The notes under the pieces were generated by a model. It was not told the DNA's origin. It was given only the letters and a program-made list of their open reading frames with translations, and ran no database searches. 64,000 bases of DNA from the NCBI GenBank assembly GCA_017472685.1, contig JAFUOO010000004.1, positions 158,903-222,902 of the forward strand. Reading direction: 5' to 3'. Numbering within the stretch: position 1 is the stretch's first letter; every line of letters starts with the position of its first letter. Positions 17,736 through 28,396 of the stretch are shown one piece after another. The DNA is from Clostridia bacterium (GTDB lineage Bacteria; Bacillota; Clostridia; UMGS1883). The position numbers and the translations under genes were made by a program.

Positions 17736-19970
17736 GTAGATATTTGCTTTTCTTAATAATTCTTGCGGGGTGTACAAAGGAAAGATACCCGTTTCATCTT
17801 CCAAAGAGACTGCAACAATATTTTGAGCCGTGTTGGCATCAAGGTAGCCCTCGACTTTGTATTTGAGAGAAAGTGTTTCAGTGTTAATGAAATATGCAGT
17901 GCTGTCAAGCTTTAGCATTAAAAGATTTTCAGAAGGGAAATATTCATAGCTGACGGAATCGAAGGTTGTGTTTAATTCCAAACTGTCAATGATTGAATAA
18001 TCTGATAAATCTATTTTATGAAGCTTGGCATCGGATGAAAAAACAGTAAGCGTATTTTTATTGTCAACAAACAATAATTTCTGTATTGGAATACTGGAAT
18101 TAAAGTGTTTTACAGGTCTGGTTGTATAAATGTCGTAAATCATCAATTTCGGCATACGGAATGAATCGTTTTGAAGTGAGTTGTAGAAGAGTATACCTGC
18201 ATAGTTGTCTGAAATCCAAATTAAATCAGTATTTTCCTCTTTTTGTTTGGGTAGGGTTAGTGCCATTTGTGATTCATTGGGGTCATAAAACACATATGTA
18301 GTTTCATTTTCCTTGCTATGTTGCATAATTTCTGCAATGATTTTACCGGTAGAAGAAACTTTAAATTTGGTGATATAGGAATCGGGGTTATTCGTGAAAA
18401 ATTCGGGAACCCATTCAATAAATGCGTTGTTGCGGGAATAAATCAATGCGCCCGACTCGGATACGAAGTAAATGTTTTCATTGAAAACAGATGGAATAGA
18501 ATTTGCCTTGCCTTGGTATGAAAAAAGCTCCTTCTTGCCAGGCAAGTCATAGACTGACGTTGCAGTGCTTGACTGCAGGCAAATTTTATTGTCGCTGACA
18601 AAGCAAGCATGGGAAGCATTAGGCAACTCTTTAAAAAATTGGGTGTTTTCCGTAAATGTGTTGTATAGATATGCTTTATCAGAATTGGTGAAAAGAGCGT
18701 ATTCTCCCGATGGACTGAAGGTGAAGTTTGAAATAGGGGAGAATTCAAAGGATAGCGGGATAAAATCCTCGTTGGGAGAGGCGATTGTGTAGACGAAAAC
18801 ATCGACAGACGGAGGTGTTGATACAACATACGTGTTATTGTATTGAGAAGAGAGGGATGTTGTGTCTGCATAGGATGGTGCAGCAAGATAGTCATCTGTA
18901 TCTGCTGAATTGGCGATGATTTCTCCCGTGAAAGCATCTATTGTTTTAATTTCGTGATTTTCTATAAGCAAAAAAATGTGAGCATCTTCAGGGGAAGCAG
19001 CTCCAAATGAAAGTTTGGTATCTTTTGAAGCGGAGAGCTTTGCTACTAAATAACCATCTTTGCGCCAAAGATAAAACGCGTTTTCATCCCTTGTTAAAAT
19101 AGTTTGGCCCATGCAGGTGTGGGTAACGTAGGAAACCGGGTGTTCGTGAGAAAGGGTTGAAATGTGCTTTTTGAATGACGGACTGAAAGCGCCGATTTCC
19201 TCTGAAAGAAGGTGAAGAGCGTTGTCAGGAATTTTATCAGAATCCTTAATTGAGGAAATTTCATCAGTAAGCATTGTGACAGCAGATAAAATGTCGCCCG
19301 AATTATATTTTTTCAATGAGTCTTCAACAACGTTGAGAGTATTTTCTGTTTGAAGATTGTTATCCAGTGAAAAAATATTACCCAATAAACATGCTAAAAC
19401 AATGAAAAGAAACAATGCGGAGATGATTACGGAAAGTGCTCGTTGTTTTCTTCGACGCTTTACGCGGTCATTTAGTTTATTAAATTCGCAATCTAAAAGG
19501 GAAGCTGCTATTCTTAAACATTCATTCTTTATAACTCTCTTTTTTACGGGGAAGGAACACTTTGAAAAATCACAAGCTATCCAATTATTATCATACAATT
19601 CTTTAGGCAGAACTTCTTTTGCATCGCCGCTTATAATACAAGGGACTATGCCTTTGTAGCTGTTATCGAAGTTTCTTTTTTTGTAAAAGTTAATTTCATT
19701 AGAACAGAACTTGGATTTAGGGTAGTTGTCCGAATAGAGAGCAATTAAAAATTCGGATTTTAATATTTTATGATAGATTTCGGTGTTAACTGGTTTTGCT
19801 GCGTTAAAATCGGTTTTATCAAGACAAATCTTCCATTTTTTGAAGTTTTTGGGACGAAGCTTTTTGGGAGGAGTAAAGGTTTCCAAAAAACGTTGAATTT
19901 GTTGAGCTACGCCTTTGTCGTCATCGTGCTTATAGCTGATAAAAGCTTTGTATTCGTAATTTGTGTTCAT
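17718..19970 (-). CDS. TIR-domain protein with one TM helix and a large extracytoplasmic beta-rich (propeller-like) C-terminal region.
   Basis: N-terminal TIR (KAFISYKHDDD ... LIALYS.NY..S.FC..E). TM segment LSVIISALFLFIVLACLLG. About 550 aa of beta-strand-rich repeats. GAGGTG RBS. Confidence 0.6.
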   Translation of the reverse strand: MNTNYEYKAFISYKHDDDKGVAQQIQRFLETFTPPKKLRPKNFKKWKICLDKTDFNAAKPVNTEIYHKILKSEFLIALYSDNYPKSKFCSNEINFYKKRNFDNSYKGIVPCIISGDAKEVLPKELYDNNWIACDFSKCSFPVKKRVIKNECLRIAASLLDCEFNKLNDRVKRRRKQRALSVIISALFLFIVLACLLGNIFSLDNNLQTENTLNVVEDSLKKYNSGDILSAVTMLTDEISSIKDSDKIPDNALHLLSEEIGAFSPSFKKHISTLSHEHPVSYVTHTCMGQTILTRDENAFYLWRKDGYLVAKLSASKDTKLSFGAASPEDAHIFLLIENHEIKTIDAFTGEIIANSADTDDYLAAPSYADTTSLSSQYNNTYVVSTPPSVDVFVYTIASPNEDFIPLSFEFSPISNFTFSPSGEYALFTNSDKAYLYNTFTENTQFFKELPNASHACFVSDNKICLQSSTATSVYDLPGKKELFSYQGKANSIPSVFNENIYFVSESGALIYSRNNAFIEWVPEFFTNNPDSYITKFKVSSTGKIIAEIMQHSKENETTYVFYDPNESQMALTLPKQKEENTDLIWISDNYAGILFYNSLQNDSFRMPKLMIYDIYTTRPVKHFNSSIPIQKLLFVDNKNTLTVFSSDAKLHKIDLSDYSIIDSLELNTTFDSVSYEYFPSENLLMLKLDSTAYFINTETLSLKYKVEGYLDANTAQNIVAVSLEDETGIFPLYTPQELLRKANIYTQTEP

Positions 19971-20194
19971 AATATCACCTCTAAAGCTTAAAATCGTAAC
20001 TTAAGTATATCATATCATTTTGACTAGTACAAGAAAAAATCCCCCTGCACCAGCTTGCAGGGAGATAAAGAAAGGAAGATTCAATAGGATAATAACATAT
20101 AAGAGGGAATTTAAAATTGGGGGTATGATTTTTTTACACCCCCTAAAAGTATATAAGAAAAATGATATACAATTAAGGTAAGAAAAAATGAGGA

Positions 20195-20767
20195 GTGAAG
20201 ACAATGGACAAGATTTGGAGCGAAGAGAGAATCCGTAATGTTATGAAGGAATTAGACAAAAAAACCGGGCTGAAGGGCGCAATGTTGCCGATAATATTTA
20301 CAAAAAGTCGAGGAACCATAGGTTACTTTTCTGTTGTAGGAGGAAAAAGTAACCGATTTGCATTTTCAGATTACTACTATCAAGATCCCGATTGGCCCGA
20401 AGAGATGGCAATTGAAATGATTAAGCATGAATATGCGCATTACATGGACTACGAAACTTACGGAAAAGCGGGACACGGTCCTACTTGGAAGATTTGTTGC
20501 GGTAAACTTGGGATTGCTCCGCTCAGGTTGTATAGCGAAAACGGAGCAAATTACTACATAAATAAGCATAAGTTGAATGAAGCAAAGAGCGAAAAGCTCG
20601 ACCGATATGATAGCGGCGTTTGTATAGAGCATCCTAAATATGGCAAAGGGGTGATAAAAGAAATAGTTGGAGCCGGAGCGAAAAGATTGGCTAAGGTTGA
20701 ATTTGCGGAAGCGGTAGAGAAGTTATTGTCTTTGTCATGGATTGATGAAAAGTGTAAAACTTGCTGA
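20195..20767 (+). CDS. SprT-like zinc metallopeptidase-domain protein.
   Basis: HExxH (MIKHEYAHY) with a downstream G.HG..W motif. Followed by its own terminator. Confidence 0.5.
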   Translation: MKTMDKIWSEERIRNVMKELDKKTGLKGAMLPIIFTKSRGTIGYFSVVGGKSNRFAFSDYYYQDPDWPEEMAIEMIKHEYAHYMDYETYGKAGHGPTWKICCGKLGIAPLRLYSENGANYYINKHKLNEAKSEKLDRYDSGVCIEHPKYGKGVIKEIVGAGAKRLAKVEFAEAVEKLLSLSWIDEKCKTC

Positions 20768-20785
20768 ATTCAAAAGATGTACTAC

Positions 20786-20816
20786 GAAAACACGAAGCGA
20801 TGCGCTTCGTGTTTTC
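20786..20816 (+). terminator. Rho-independent terminator.
   Basis: Hairpin gaaaacacgaagcg-atg-cgcttcgtgttttc. Confidence 0.55.
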
Positions 20817-20899
20817 ATAGTATAAATTATTATTGAAATAAGTGTCGAATTGTGGCACAATATATGTATAAATATTTATAGATTGACGGAGGAATGAAA

Positions 20900-23167
20900 A
20901 TGAGTATAAGTTATACTAAGTTTACCGAAGTAGCAGAAAACAGAATGAAAAGTTTAAAAAACAAATTTAGGTTGCCTCAAGAAGTTGCAATAGAAAGGTT
21001 TAAAAATATAGCGAAAGATAAAGGGAAATCTAATTTTTATGGCGACCTTTACGAGTTAATGAAAGGGTGTGGCTACGGTGAGGTTGATTTTAGAGGGAAA
21101 ACATTTAATGAAGTTAATGAGTTGCTAAAAAAATTAAAGACAAAAGCAGAAACCATTACTATGATATTAGACGAATTATATAACATATATTCAAAACATC
21201 AAAGACAAGGAGAATATATGGAGCGAATCGTTAGAAAATTAGGAGATGAATCGTTCGAAAAAGAAAGCATTAGGGTTGCGATTTTAAAGCAATTTGTTAA
21301 ATATTTGCAGGAAGACATGAAATCCATTCACGATGGTGTATCAAGTGTAATAAGGTACATAAAGCGTGATGATAAAAAATGTAAAACCATTGAAGATGTC
21401 ATAAAGAAAATAGATGAAAGTATTTTTGACAACATAAGCAATAACCATACTGATAAATCATCGGAAGAAAAAGGTTTATCGAATGAGGGGAAAGTTTTTT
21501 TAAAAACAATTGATGATTTGTCAAAGTGTGTTTTCAGAGGTCAAGGTGCTACGCGTGAAGCTATGTATACATTTGCTTTTGCATATGGCTTAACGTATTA
21601 TGAAGATTCTCAAGAAATTGATTATAATAAGTATAGAGATATAGATAAGGTTTTCGTAGATACTTTTAATGATAATTTGTTTAGATATATTGGAGAACAT
21701 CGAAACAGAGAGAATAATGCAATACCTACAGGCGAAATGGTAAATTTTAAAAATTTTGCAGAAGTTATATGCATATACTATTTATCAAAAAAAGATGAAG
21801 AAATCAGTCGTTATCAAAGATACGTCGGAGCTATGGATTGTATTGAAAAATGCAAACAGAACTCTATCGGCATAAAAAGTGAAGGTCGTACAACGGAAAT
21901 ATTTAGACTTAATTATTTTGAAAATGTTGCAAAAATAAATAATGATGACGATCTGGTTGATTATATTATACATAACTACTATGTGCCGGAAAAAATTAAG
22001 CACAGTGGGTTTAAAACGGTAGCGATAGATACAAAATTAATAGAAACTGTAACAGGAGAAGCGGTGAATGAAACTGCGAGAGTGGCTATTGTGAACAAAT
22101 TTATTGAAAATAAATTTGTTGGAGACGGATCTGTTACCGGAGTGACAACCTTTTTGAAAAAGGCAAAGGGCTTGGGAATTAGTGATATAACTGATGAGAG
22201 CCTTAATGAATATTGGGAATCAAAAATGATTAATCCAAAAAAAGATAGAAAGCTAATTGGAATCGCAAATCACTTAATTGAAGGATTATTTGACAATGAA
22301 AGTATAGCTCGTGAAAGCTTATTCAAGTTTGCATTTGTTTTTGATATGAAGCTCTATGAAGACGAAACAGAAACAGGTTACGATAAAAATAGAGACATTG
22401 AGAAGCTGCTACTCATTCCTTTTTTAGGAGAGGGCATAAATTATGAAAAGAAATTAGATACTGTTTGTGCTTACTACCTGCGCAAAGATGGAATTGAACC
22501 CGAGGGGAAGACGAAAACTGTAATTGGGGAAAAAATGAAAAGAGTGAAAGCAGCTCTTGAAATGAAAGGAAATGGAGAAGGAAAAATTGTTAGCGGGGAC
22601 AAAAAAAACTATTTCTGGAATTGTGCTGTGAATATGGAAGAAGAAGCTTTTCAAAAATATGTTGCAGAAAATTTTGAAGATGAAAAAGAAAGTAATAACT
22701 TTAACGATTTCTACACGGAGTCCAATCAAATTACTGCATTTAACATATATAAGTCAATTGTTAGCGAAATACAAAAAATGACAAGTGAAGATGAAATGGA
22801 TATCACCTTAGAAATGCAGGACGATGTAGAAATTATCATAGATGAATTTAATAAGACAAAATATTCAAAAGATGACAATTTCATGAAACTATTGCTTGCG
22901 TTGATAAAAATGGTGACTCCTGACAAAAACGTTAATTATAAAAACATGACCAGAAGTAAACTGATTTCATTAGAGTATTATAAAATGAAACGTGATCTTG
23001 ACAATACAGCAAATTTTGAGCAAACGTATGATGAAATTTTAGATTATATCAACATGGACTTGATAGATGCGAGGTATAATCCTCTCGATACAAGAAGTAT
23101 GTATGATTTGTTCGTTGTTTTTCTTGTTTACATACAAGTTGTGTTAATGAACGCCCCCAAAAATTAA
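20900..23167 (+). CDS. Large hypothetical protein of about 755 aa, Lys/Glu-rich, no recognisable domain. First gene of the kinase cassette.
   Basis: Long uninterrupted ORF with a GGAGG RBS. Co-directional and tightly spaced with the downstream genes. Confidence 0.5.
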   Translation: MSISYTKFTEVAENRMKSLKNKFRLPQEVAIERFKNIAKDKGKSNFYGDLYELMKGCGYGEVDFRGKTFNEVNELLKKLKTKAETITMILDELYNIYSKHQRQGEYMERIVRKLGDESFEKESIRVAILKQFVKYLQEDMKSIHDGVSSVIRYIKRDDKKCKTIEDVIKKIDESIFDNISNNHTDKSSEEKGLSNEGKVFLKTIDDLSKCVFRGQGATREAMYTFAFAYGLTYYEDSQEIDYNKYRDIDKVFVDTFNDNLFRYIGEHRNRENNAIPTGEMVNFKNFAEVICIYYLSKKDEEISRYQRYVGAMDCIEKCKQNSIGIKSEGRTTEIFRLNYFENVAKINNDDDLVDYIIHNYYVPEKIKHSGFKTVAIDTKLIETVTGEAVNETARVAIVNKFIENKFVGDGSVTGVTTFLKKAKGLGISDITDESLNEYWESKMINPKKDRKLIGIANHLIEGLFDNESIARESLFKFAFVFDMKLYEDETETGYDKNRDIEKLLLIPFLGEGINYEKKLDTVCAYYLRKDGIEPEGKTKTVIGEKMKRVKAALEMKGNGEGKIVSGDKKNYFWNCAVNMEEEAFQKYVAENFEDEKESNNFNDFYTESNQITAFNIYKSIVSEIQKMTSEDEMDITLEMQDDVEIIIDEFNKTKYSKDDNFMKLLLALIKMVTPDKNVNYKNMTRSKLISLEYYKMKRDLDNTANFEQTYDEILDYINMDLIDARYNPLDTRSMYDLFVVFLVYIQVVLMNAPKN

Positions 23168-23214
23168 AAAGGTATCCTCCTGTATAATGAATATGAAAAT
23201 TATACAGGAGGCAT

Positions 23215-23868
23215 TTGATGCGAATAAAAAAATTTACTAAGGTCGGAAATTACAATAGTTTGAGAGGGGTAGAAAATCAGGATTATATTTGCGTAAAGGA
23301 AAACAAAAGATTTCTTGTCGTGGCACTGGCAGACGGTGCAACAAGCTGTGTTAAAGGTGCAGCTGGCGCAAGAATAGCATGTGAAGCAGCTTCTGGGATG
23401 TTAATAAAAAGCGATAAGTGGTTTGATTTTGAGAAGGAAAAAGTGGCATACTTAATTCTTGAAGAGGTTTTGTTTCAAACAAAAAAAGAAGCGGATAAGA
23501 ATAATGAGCCATTAGAAGCTTATGCAAGCACGCTGGTAATAACTCTTTTTGATAAAAAGAAAAACAGATTACTTGTTTTTAATTTAGGTGATGGTGCAGT
23601 ATTTCTATCATTTCAAAACGACATAAAATATAATCCGGTTGTTTCACCGAAAAGATTCGAAGGGCAACCGTCGCTGATTACTTGCCTGGATTCTTATAAA
23701 GATGCGCAAGTAGTTGTATTAAATGAATTCGACGGGAAAATATTTATGTGCAGTGATGGTGTATATGAAATTCTCTTCAAAAAAGGTATTACTATAGCTG
23801 AGTTTATAAAAGAACCTGAGAAATGGGATCTTGAAGATGACGGCAGTTTTTTATTTTACGAAACATAG
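23215..23868 (+). CDS. PP2C-like (PPM-fold) phosphatase-domain protein, degenerate.
   Basis: PPM-like motifs: ALADGATS..GAAGARIA, STLVITLFD, NLGDGAVF, CSDGVYE. Lies 18 nt upstream of the kinase gene. Confidence 0.5.
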   Translation: MMRIKKFTKVGNYNSLRGVENQDYICVKENKRFLVVALADGATSCVKGAAGARIACEAASGMLIKSDKWFDFEKEKVAYLILEEVLFQTKKEADKNNEPLEAYASTLVITLFDKKKNRLLVFNLGDGAVFLSFQNDIKYNPVVSPKRFEGQPSLITCLDSYKDAQVVVLNEFDGKIFMCSDGVYEILFKKGITIAEFIKEPEKWDLEDDGSFLFYET

Positions 23869-23885
23869 ATAATGAGGTGTTATAT

Positions 23886-26800
23886 ATGAGACAGGTTTTG
23901 TCAACCAATTGCATTATAAATTTAAGGCATGTGTTGTCCGGAGGAACGGAAAAGTTTAAAATAAAATCCGTGGTAGGAAAAGGTGGCGCCTGTATTTGCT
24001 ATAGGGTAATTCGTGGAAACAGAGAAGGATTGTTAAAAGAGTTTTACCCTGAGGATGTGGGAATAACTCAAAATTATAACATGTTGGAGAGAGACAAAAA
24101 ACACCAGTTAATAGCAGTTGAAGAAGCGTTTGCAGAACGCTTTTCGATTATGAGACAAGAATTTATTGACGGCTATAACTTGTTGGAAAAAGCAAAAAAG
24201 GGTAAGAGAGCGAAGGCTCTGGCAAATTATATTCCCAAGTATGAGATATTTGAAGGGCTGCCTGAAAATTCAACTGTGTATATATGGATGGAAGAGACCG
24301 TGGGAGTGAATTTTGAACAATACTTACAGTGGGTATGGAAAAATGCTGAGGTAAATAGCGCTCTAAAGGTTCATAATATTTTATGCACCATAAACACTAT
24401 CGCTACAGGTGTGTGCGGAATGCACATAAACGGATTGAATCATAGAGACATAAAGCCAGAAAATTTTCTGGTTGAAAAAGATGCAGTGGAAGAACTTAAT
24501 CCTTACCATGTGTGTATGTTTGATATTAACAGTTTCACTTATGGTTCATCGGCAAAATACATTGTGGGCACAAAAGGTTATATGGCACCTGAAGTTGCTT
24601 TTGGTAAGGCCCGTTACTATAGTGACATATATTCTCTAGGTGCGATGTTATTCCATGCTGTAATTGGTGAAAACGCGCTTTATAACGATGAGCAATATGA
24701 TGTAATTGAGCGTTTGGTTTCAGAATCAAAACTAATATCTAAAATTAAAGATGTATATTTAGAAACATACATCACGGAAATTTTGAAAAAGAGTTTAAAA
24801 AAAGAACACACAAAACGATACAAGCAGACAGAAGATTTTATAAGAGATATAAAAAAGGCCATTGCCCGTCTTTTGCCATACACTGAATCGGGAAAGCTTG
24901 GTCCGGGTAAGAGATTGAAAATTGTGGAACAAAACAGACCGATTGACAGTATTCCTGTGTTTCAGGATTTGCTTTATAAAAAGCCTGTATATGAGTATTA
25001 CGATAACAATAATAATGAAATTAACGTTGCTGTTGTCGGTGGCGGCGTTTATGCACAGGCTTTTATGGATGTTGTATTGCAAACTTTACAAATTAAGGGA
25101 AAAACGCTTAATGTTTATGTGTATTCAAAAGATGCCAATTTTGATAAAGGCATTTATTTGAAAGCACGACCTGATATAGGCAGATTTTTTGATATTGATG
25201 ATAAGAATGTGAGCGATGACTCGTATGGAAGAATACGCTTTATAGAAAAAACTTTTAGCGAAAAACACACTGAGTTCCCGGAAATTATTAAAGCAGAGCC
25301 GAGCTATGTTTTTGTTTCTTTGGGCGGCGACAAAGTGAATAAAGCTGTGGCGAAAGCACTTGCAAACAAATTTTCGGAAGAAAACAAAAACGCTTTAATT
25401 AATTTTGTTTGGACAGGGGAGGAAATTAGAGTAAAAAACAATAAATTAAATCCCGTTTATGTCAGTCAAAGAGTAAAATATTCTGATATAGATGCAAACC
25501 TTGCCAACATGGCATTTAATACCCATCTTGTTTGGAACGATTCTTTCTCGAAAGATTATGGTGAGTTATACAAAGAGTTCAGAGAGTCTTATAACTATAA
25601 GTCATCCATCGCATATGCATTATCAATTCCATACAAATTACACTCAATGGGTTTAACAGATGAAAAAGGAAATTATGATATTGAGTGCATTAATTCCATG
25701 TTAAGTGATGAAAAAGTATTGAGAGAACTTTCGTGCTACGAACATAGACGTTGGGTCACCGAAATGATTTGCAAAGGATGGACAGCGCCGGTTGATGCTA
25801 ATGGCAGAGTTGAAACGAAATTGTGCCTTGAATTTTTATCAAATAAAAATAAAAAAGATAAAATACATCTCTGTATTGCAAAAGGAAGTACAAGCAGTTG
25901 TCCTGACGAGAAGGAATGGGATGAATTTAAAGGTAAATTGGATGATTTGGATCGCGTGAGCATAGAGCTTTATGGACATTATAATAAAGAGGCTAAGAAG
26001 TTCAAAGCAAAATATTTAAGCGGAGAATTTACTGCGTTGAAAACATTGAAGCAGAGTTTATCAGGCGTTTCGGAATTTTCAAAATTGTTGGCAGAATATG
26101 AGTTTTCGATAGACGCCATTGTGAAAAATTGCAGTAAAATGCACGCGTTGAAATTTGAATCATTACATTCAAGAATTGTTGAAAAAATAGAAAAATCTTC
26201 GAAAATAGTAAAACCTGATGCTGTTTTAAAAGAACTTAATTCTGTATTAGAAAGCATTAACCCTTCAGTGTACAGTATAAAAAGGACTAATTATAAACGA
26301 ATTGATGATGACCTTGTGAAACGTATTCCGTTTATAATTACAAATCGCCCAAGACCGCAAATAACTATGGTATTTAATGATGGGCGATATGGAAACTATG
26401 CGAATGAAGAAGTTTTAAAAAATGTAGCATCTGCTGTTGCCATAGTGCCAAAGCACATTACGTATTTATATTATTGCAACAACTTAACAAACATTAAAAA
26501 GCTCGCTTCTGCAATTAAAGGGGTTTTGAATTTCTTTGATAAAAAAAGCATGGCAAACACAATTGATTTTGTCTTTGCATGTAATAGCAGTTTTAATGCA
26601 GAACTGAAGAGTAAAATGGAAGTTTTGAAAAAAGAGTATGCAAGAATCAAAAACATTTACTACCACGAGTACATAAGCGAAAAAGCTGCTGTTTTACTTT
26701 TTGCAAATAAGTATTGCAATGATATTATAGAGGGGACAAGTTTGCCCTTTGATACAGCGGTTAGTAACGGGTATTTCACAGAACAGATGCGCCAAAAGCA

Positions 26801-27956
26801 TTATTTTGAATTTAATTCATATAACAAGAGCTTTGGGTATATAGCAGGTTGTGAATATTTGAAGTATATAGATGTATCTAAAGTTGGCATCAATGTTGAA
26901 GATTTATTTGTTTTAAAGCAGGTTGACTATCAAGCAGCAGTTTCGGATATGTTTACATTTTACGAGCCTTTGTGGAAAACATATACAACTAACGGCGTTG
27001 GAAAAGATGATAAGCTTTGGTCATATTCTGTTAGCAACTGGAATGCATTGTCAGAAAAGCTTAAAAAGTGTGCAGAAATAAACGATGCTGTAATGACATT
27101 TGAGGCAAAAAATGAGGAGAAAACAAAAATAACTCTTACAAAAATATTGCCTATGGAATGCAGTGAAACGGTTCGCAACATTGTAAATGACATGAAAAAA
27201 CACGGATTTATACATAATGGTAAGATAATAGCGTGTAATTCCGATAGTGTTAAGCTCTCTGTTTCTTTTGACAAAGTGTATGAAGAAAAAATAAATAAGT
27301 TGTTTTCAAAATATAGCGAACTTAAAAATAAGTTGTTTGTAGAATCTTTTTATGAATATAATACAAAGAAGCTGAAAATCACTAAAAGAAATTTATTCGT
27401 CGAAAATTTGCAGTTATCAAGGTATGAATACAGGTGTCTGGAATGTTTGTCAAATGAAAAACTAATTAATGATTTAATAGTCATTAACCAAGACGAAAAA
27501 AATACGACTGTGAGTTTTGCATATCCGTCATACAGTATAAAAAACATTCTGGAAAAGGCGGGTAATATCCTTGAACTACATATATATTATCAGTTGTTGA
27601 AACATGGTGATTTTGATGATGTTGAAACAAATGTTGTGGCACAGGGAGACGGGTTCAAAAATGAATTTGATGTTATAATTACAAAAGGATTTAAAACAAT
27701 TTTGATAGAATGTAAAGCAGTAAAGTCGTTAGAGCAGGATTTCTATTTTAAATTAAGCAGCCTTGCAAAGCATTATGGGGTTAATAATATACCCGTGATT
27801 ATATCTACAGAACATGGTGAAGCAAAAGTTTTTGATGTAGTTAATCAAGAAAATGAGGCTCGAGGCGAGGTAATGGGAGTTGTTACGATTTCAACGCGCG
27901 AAGATGTGATCAATATAAATGATGCTATCGTAAAAATTTTTAAGGAAGGTGTTTAA
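23886..27956 (+). CDS. Giant multidomain protein: N-terminal Hanks-type Ser/Thr protein kinase, central Rossmann-like and RyR-like segments, C-terminal PD-(D/E)xK nuclease-like domain.
   Basis: Kinase Gly-loop VGKGGACICY, catalytic loop HRDIKPENF, activation loop GTKGYMAPE. GxGxxA motif VAVVGGGVYAQA. RyR-like segment YEHRRWVTEMICKGW. C-terminal E...FDVIIT...ECK restriction-endonuclease-like motif. GAGGTG RBS precedes the ATG at 23886. Confidence 0.7.
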   Translation: MRQVLSTNCIINLRHVLSGGTEKFKIKSVVGKGGACICYRVIRGNREGLLKEFYPEDVGITQNYNMLERDKKHQLIAVEEAFAERFSIMRQEFIDGYNLLEKAKKGKRAKALANYIPKYEIFEGLPENSTVYIWMEETVGVNFEQYLQWVWKNAEVNSALKVHNILCTINTIATGVCGMHINGLNHRDIKPENFLVEKDAVEELNPYHVCMFDINSFTYGSSAKYIVGTKGYMAPEVAFGKARYYSDIYSLGAMLFHAVIGENALYNDEQYDVIERLVSESKLISKIKDVYLETYITEILKKSLKKEHTKRYKQTEDFIRDIKKAIARLLPYTESGKLGPGKRLKIVEQNRPIDSIPVFQDLLYKKPVYEYYDNNNNEINVAVVGGGVYAQAFMDVVLQTLQIKGKTLNVYVYSKDANFDKGIYLKARPDIGRFFDIDDKNVSDDSYGRIRFIEKTFSEKHTEFPEIIKAEPSYVFVSLGGDKVNKAVAKALANKFSEENKNALINFVWTGEEIRVKNNKLNPVYVSQRVKYSDIDANLANMAFNTHLVWNDSFSKDYGELYKEFRESYNYKSSIAYALSIPYKLHSMGLTDEKGNYDIECINSMLSDEKVLRELSCYEHRRWVTEMICKGWTAPVDANGRVETKLCLEFLSNKNKKDKIHLCIAKGSTSSCPDEKEWDEFKGKLDDLDRVSIELYGHYNKEAKKFKAKYLSGEFTALKTLKQSLSGVSEFSKLLAEYEFSIDAIVKNCSKMHALKFESLHSRIVEKIEKSSKIVKPDAVLKELNSVLESINPSVYSIKRTNYKRIDDDLVKRIPFIITNRPRPQITMVFNDGRYGNYANEEVLKNVASAVAIVPKHITYLYYCNNLTNIKKLASAIKGVLNFFDKKSMANTIDFVFACNSSFNAELKSKMEVLKKEYARIKNIYYHEYISEKAAVLLFANKYCNDIIEGTSLPFDTAVSNGYFTEQMRQKHYFEFNSYNKSFGYIAGCEYLKYIDVSKVGINVEDLFVLKQVDYQAAVSDMFTFYEPLWKTYTTNGVGKDDKLWSYSVSNWNALSEKLKKCAEINDAVMTFEAKNEEKTKITLTKILPMECSETVRNIVNDMKKHGFIHNGKIIACNSDSVKLSVSFDKVYEEKINKLFSKYSELKNKLFVESFYEYNTKKLKITKRNLFVENLQLSRYEYRCLECLSNEKLINDLIVINQDEKNTTVSFAYPSYSIKNILEKAGNILELHIYYQLLKHGDFDDVETNVVAQGDGFKNEFDVIITKGFKTILIECKAVKSLEQDFYFKLSSLAKHYGVNNIPVIISTEHGEAKVFDVVNQENEARGEVMGVVTISTREDVININDAIVKIFKEGV

Positions 27957-27958
27957 AT

Positions 27959-28240
27959 ATGTACGAACCAAAACCAATTGATACAAGTGATATTATTTTA
28001 TCTGATGAATTATTGGCGTTAACTGAGAAACTTGCTGAAAACACACATGACGTGTGGGCTGTGGGCAGAATAAGCCAGGGATGGAAATATGGGGAAAAGC
28101 GTGATGATTTAAAGAAGGAAACTCCGTGTTTGGTGCCCTATGTAGAACTTCCGGAAAGTGAAAAAGAGTATGACAGAAATACAGCACTGGAGACGCTGAA
28201 GTTAATAGTTAAGTTGGGGTATAGTATAGAAAAAATATAA
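27959..28240 (+). CDS. RyR (ryanodine-receptor-type) domain protein.
   Basis: LAENTHDVWAVGRISQGWKYGEKRDD..K..PCLVPYVELPESEKEYDR matches the bacterial RyR-domain consensus. The start is 2 nt after the kinase stop. Confidence 0.6.
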   Translation: MYEPKPIDTSDIILSDELLALTEKLAENTHDVWAVGRISQGWKYGEKRDDLKKETPCLVPYVELPESEKEYDRNTALETLKLIVKLGYSIEKI

Positions 28241-28396
28241 TATATAGGTGCTATTTGAGGGGTCTTCTTGCGGCAGAAAACTGTTTGATAAGGAAACCCC
28301 TCAAATTAAAAATCATATTATTGCGAATATTGGGAGATGGCTTATTTATATGTTGAGCAACATATAAATAGCAAAGTTTAAATGTGGGGAATGTGT

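Noticed and set aside
18443-18937. 164-aa minus-strand ORF in an alternative frame within the TIR-TM-propeller gene.
   Set aside because: It is nested in a different frame of the same strand. The 750-aa ORF has the TIR domain and an RBS.
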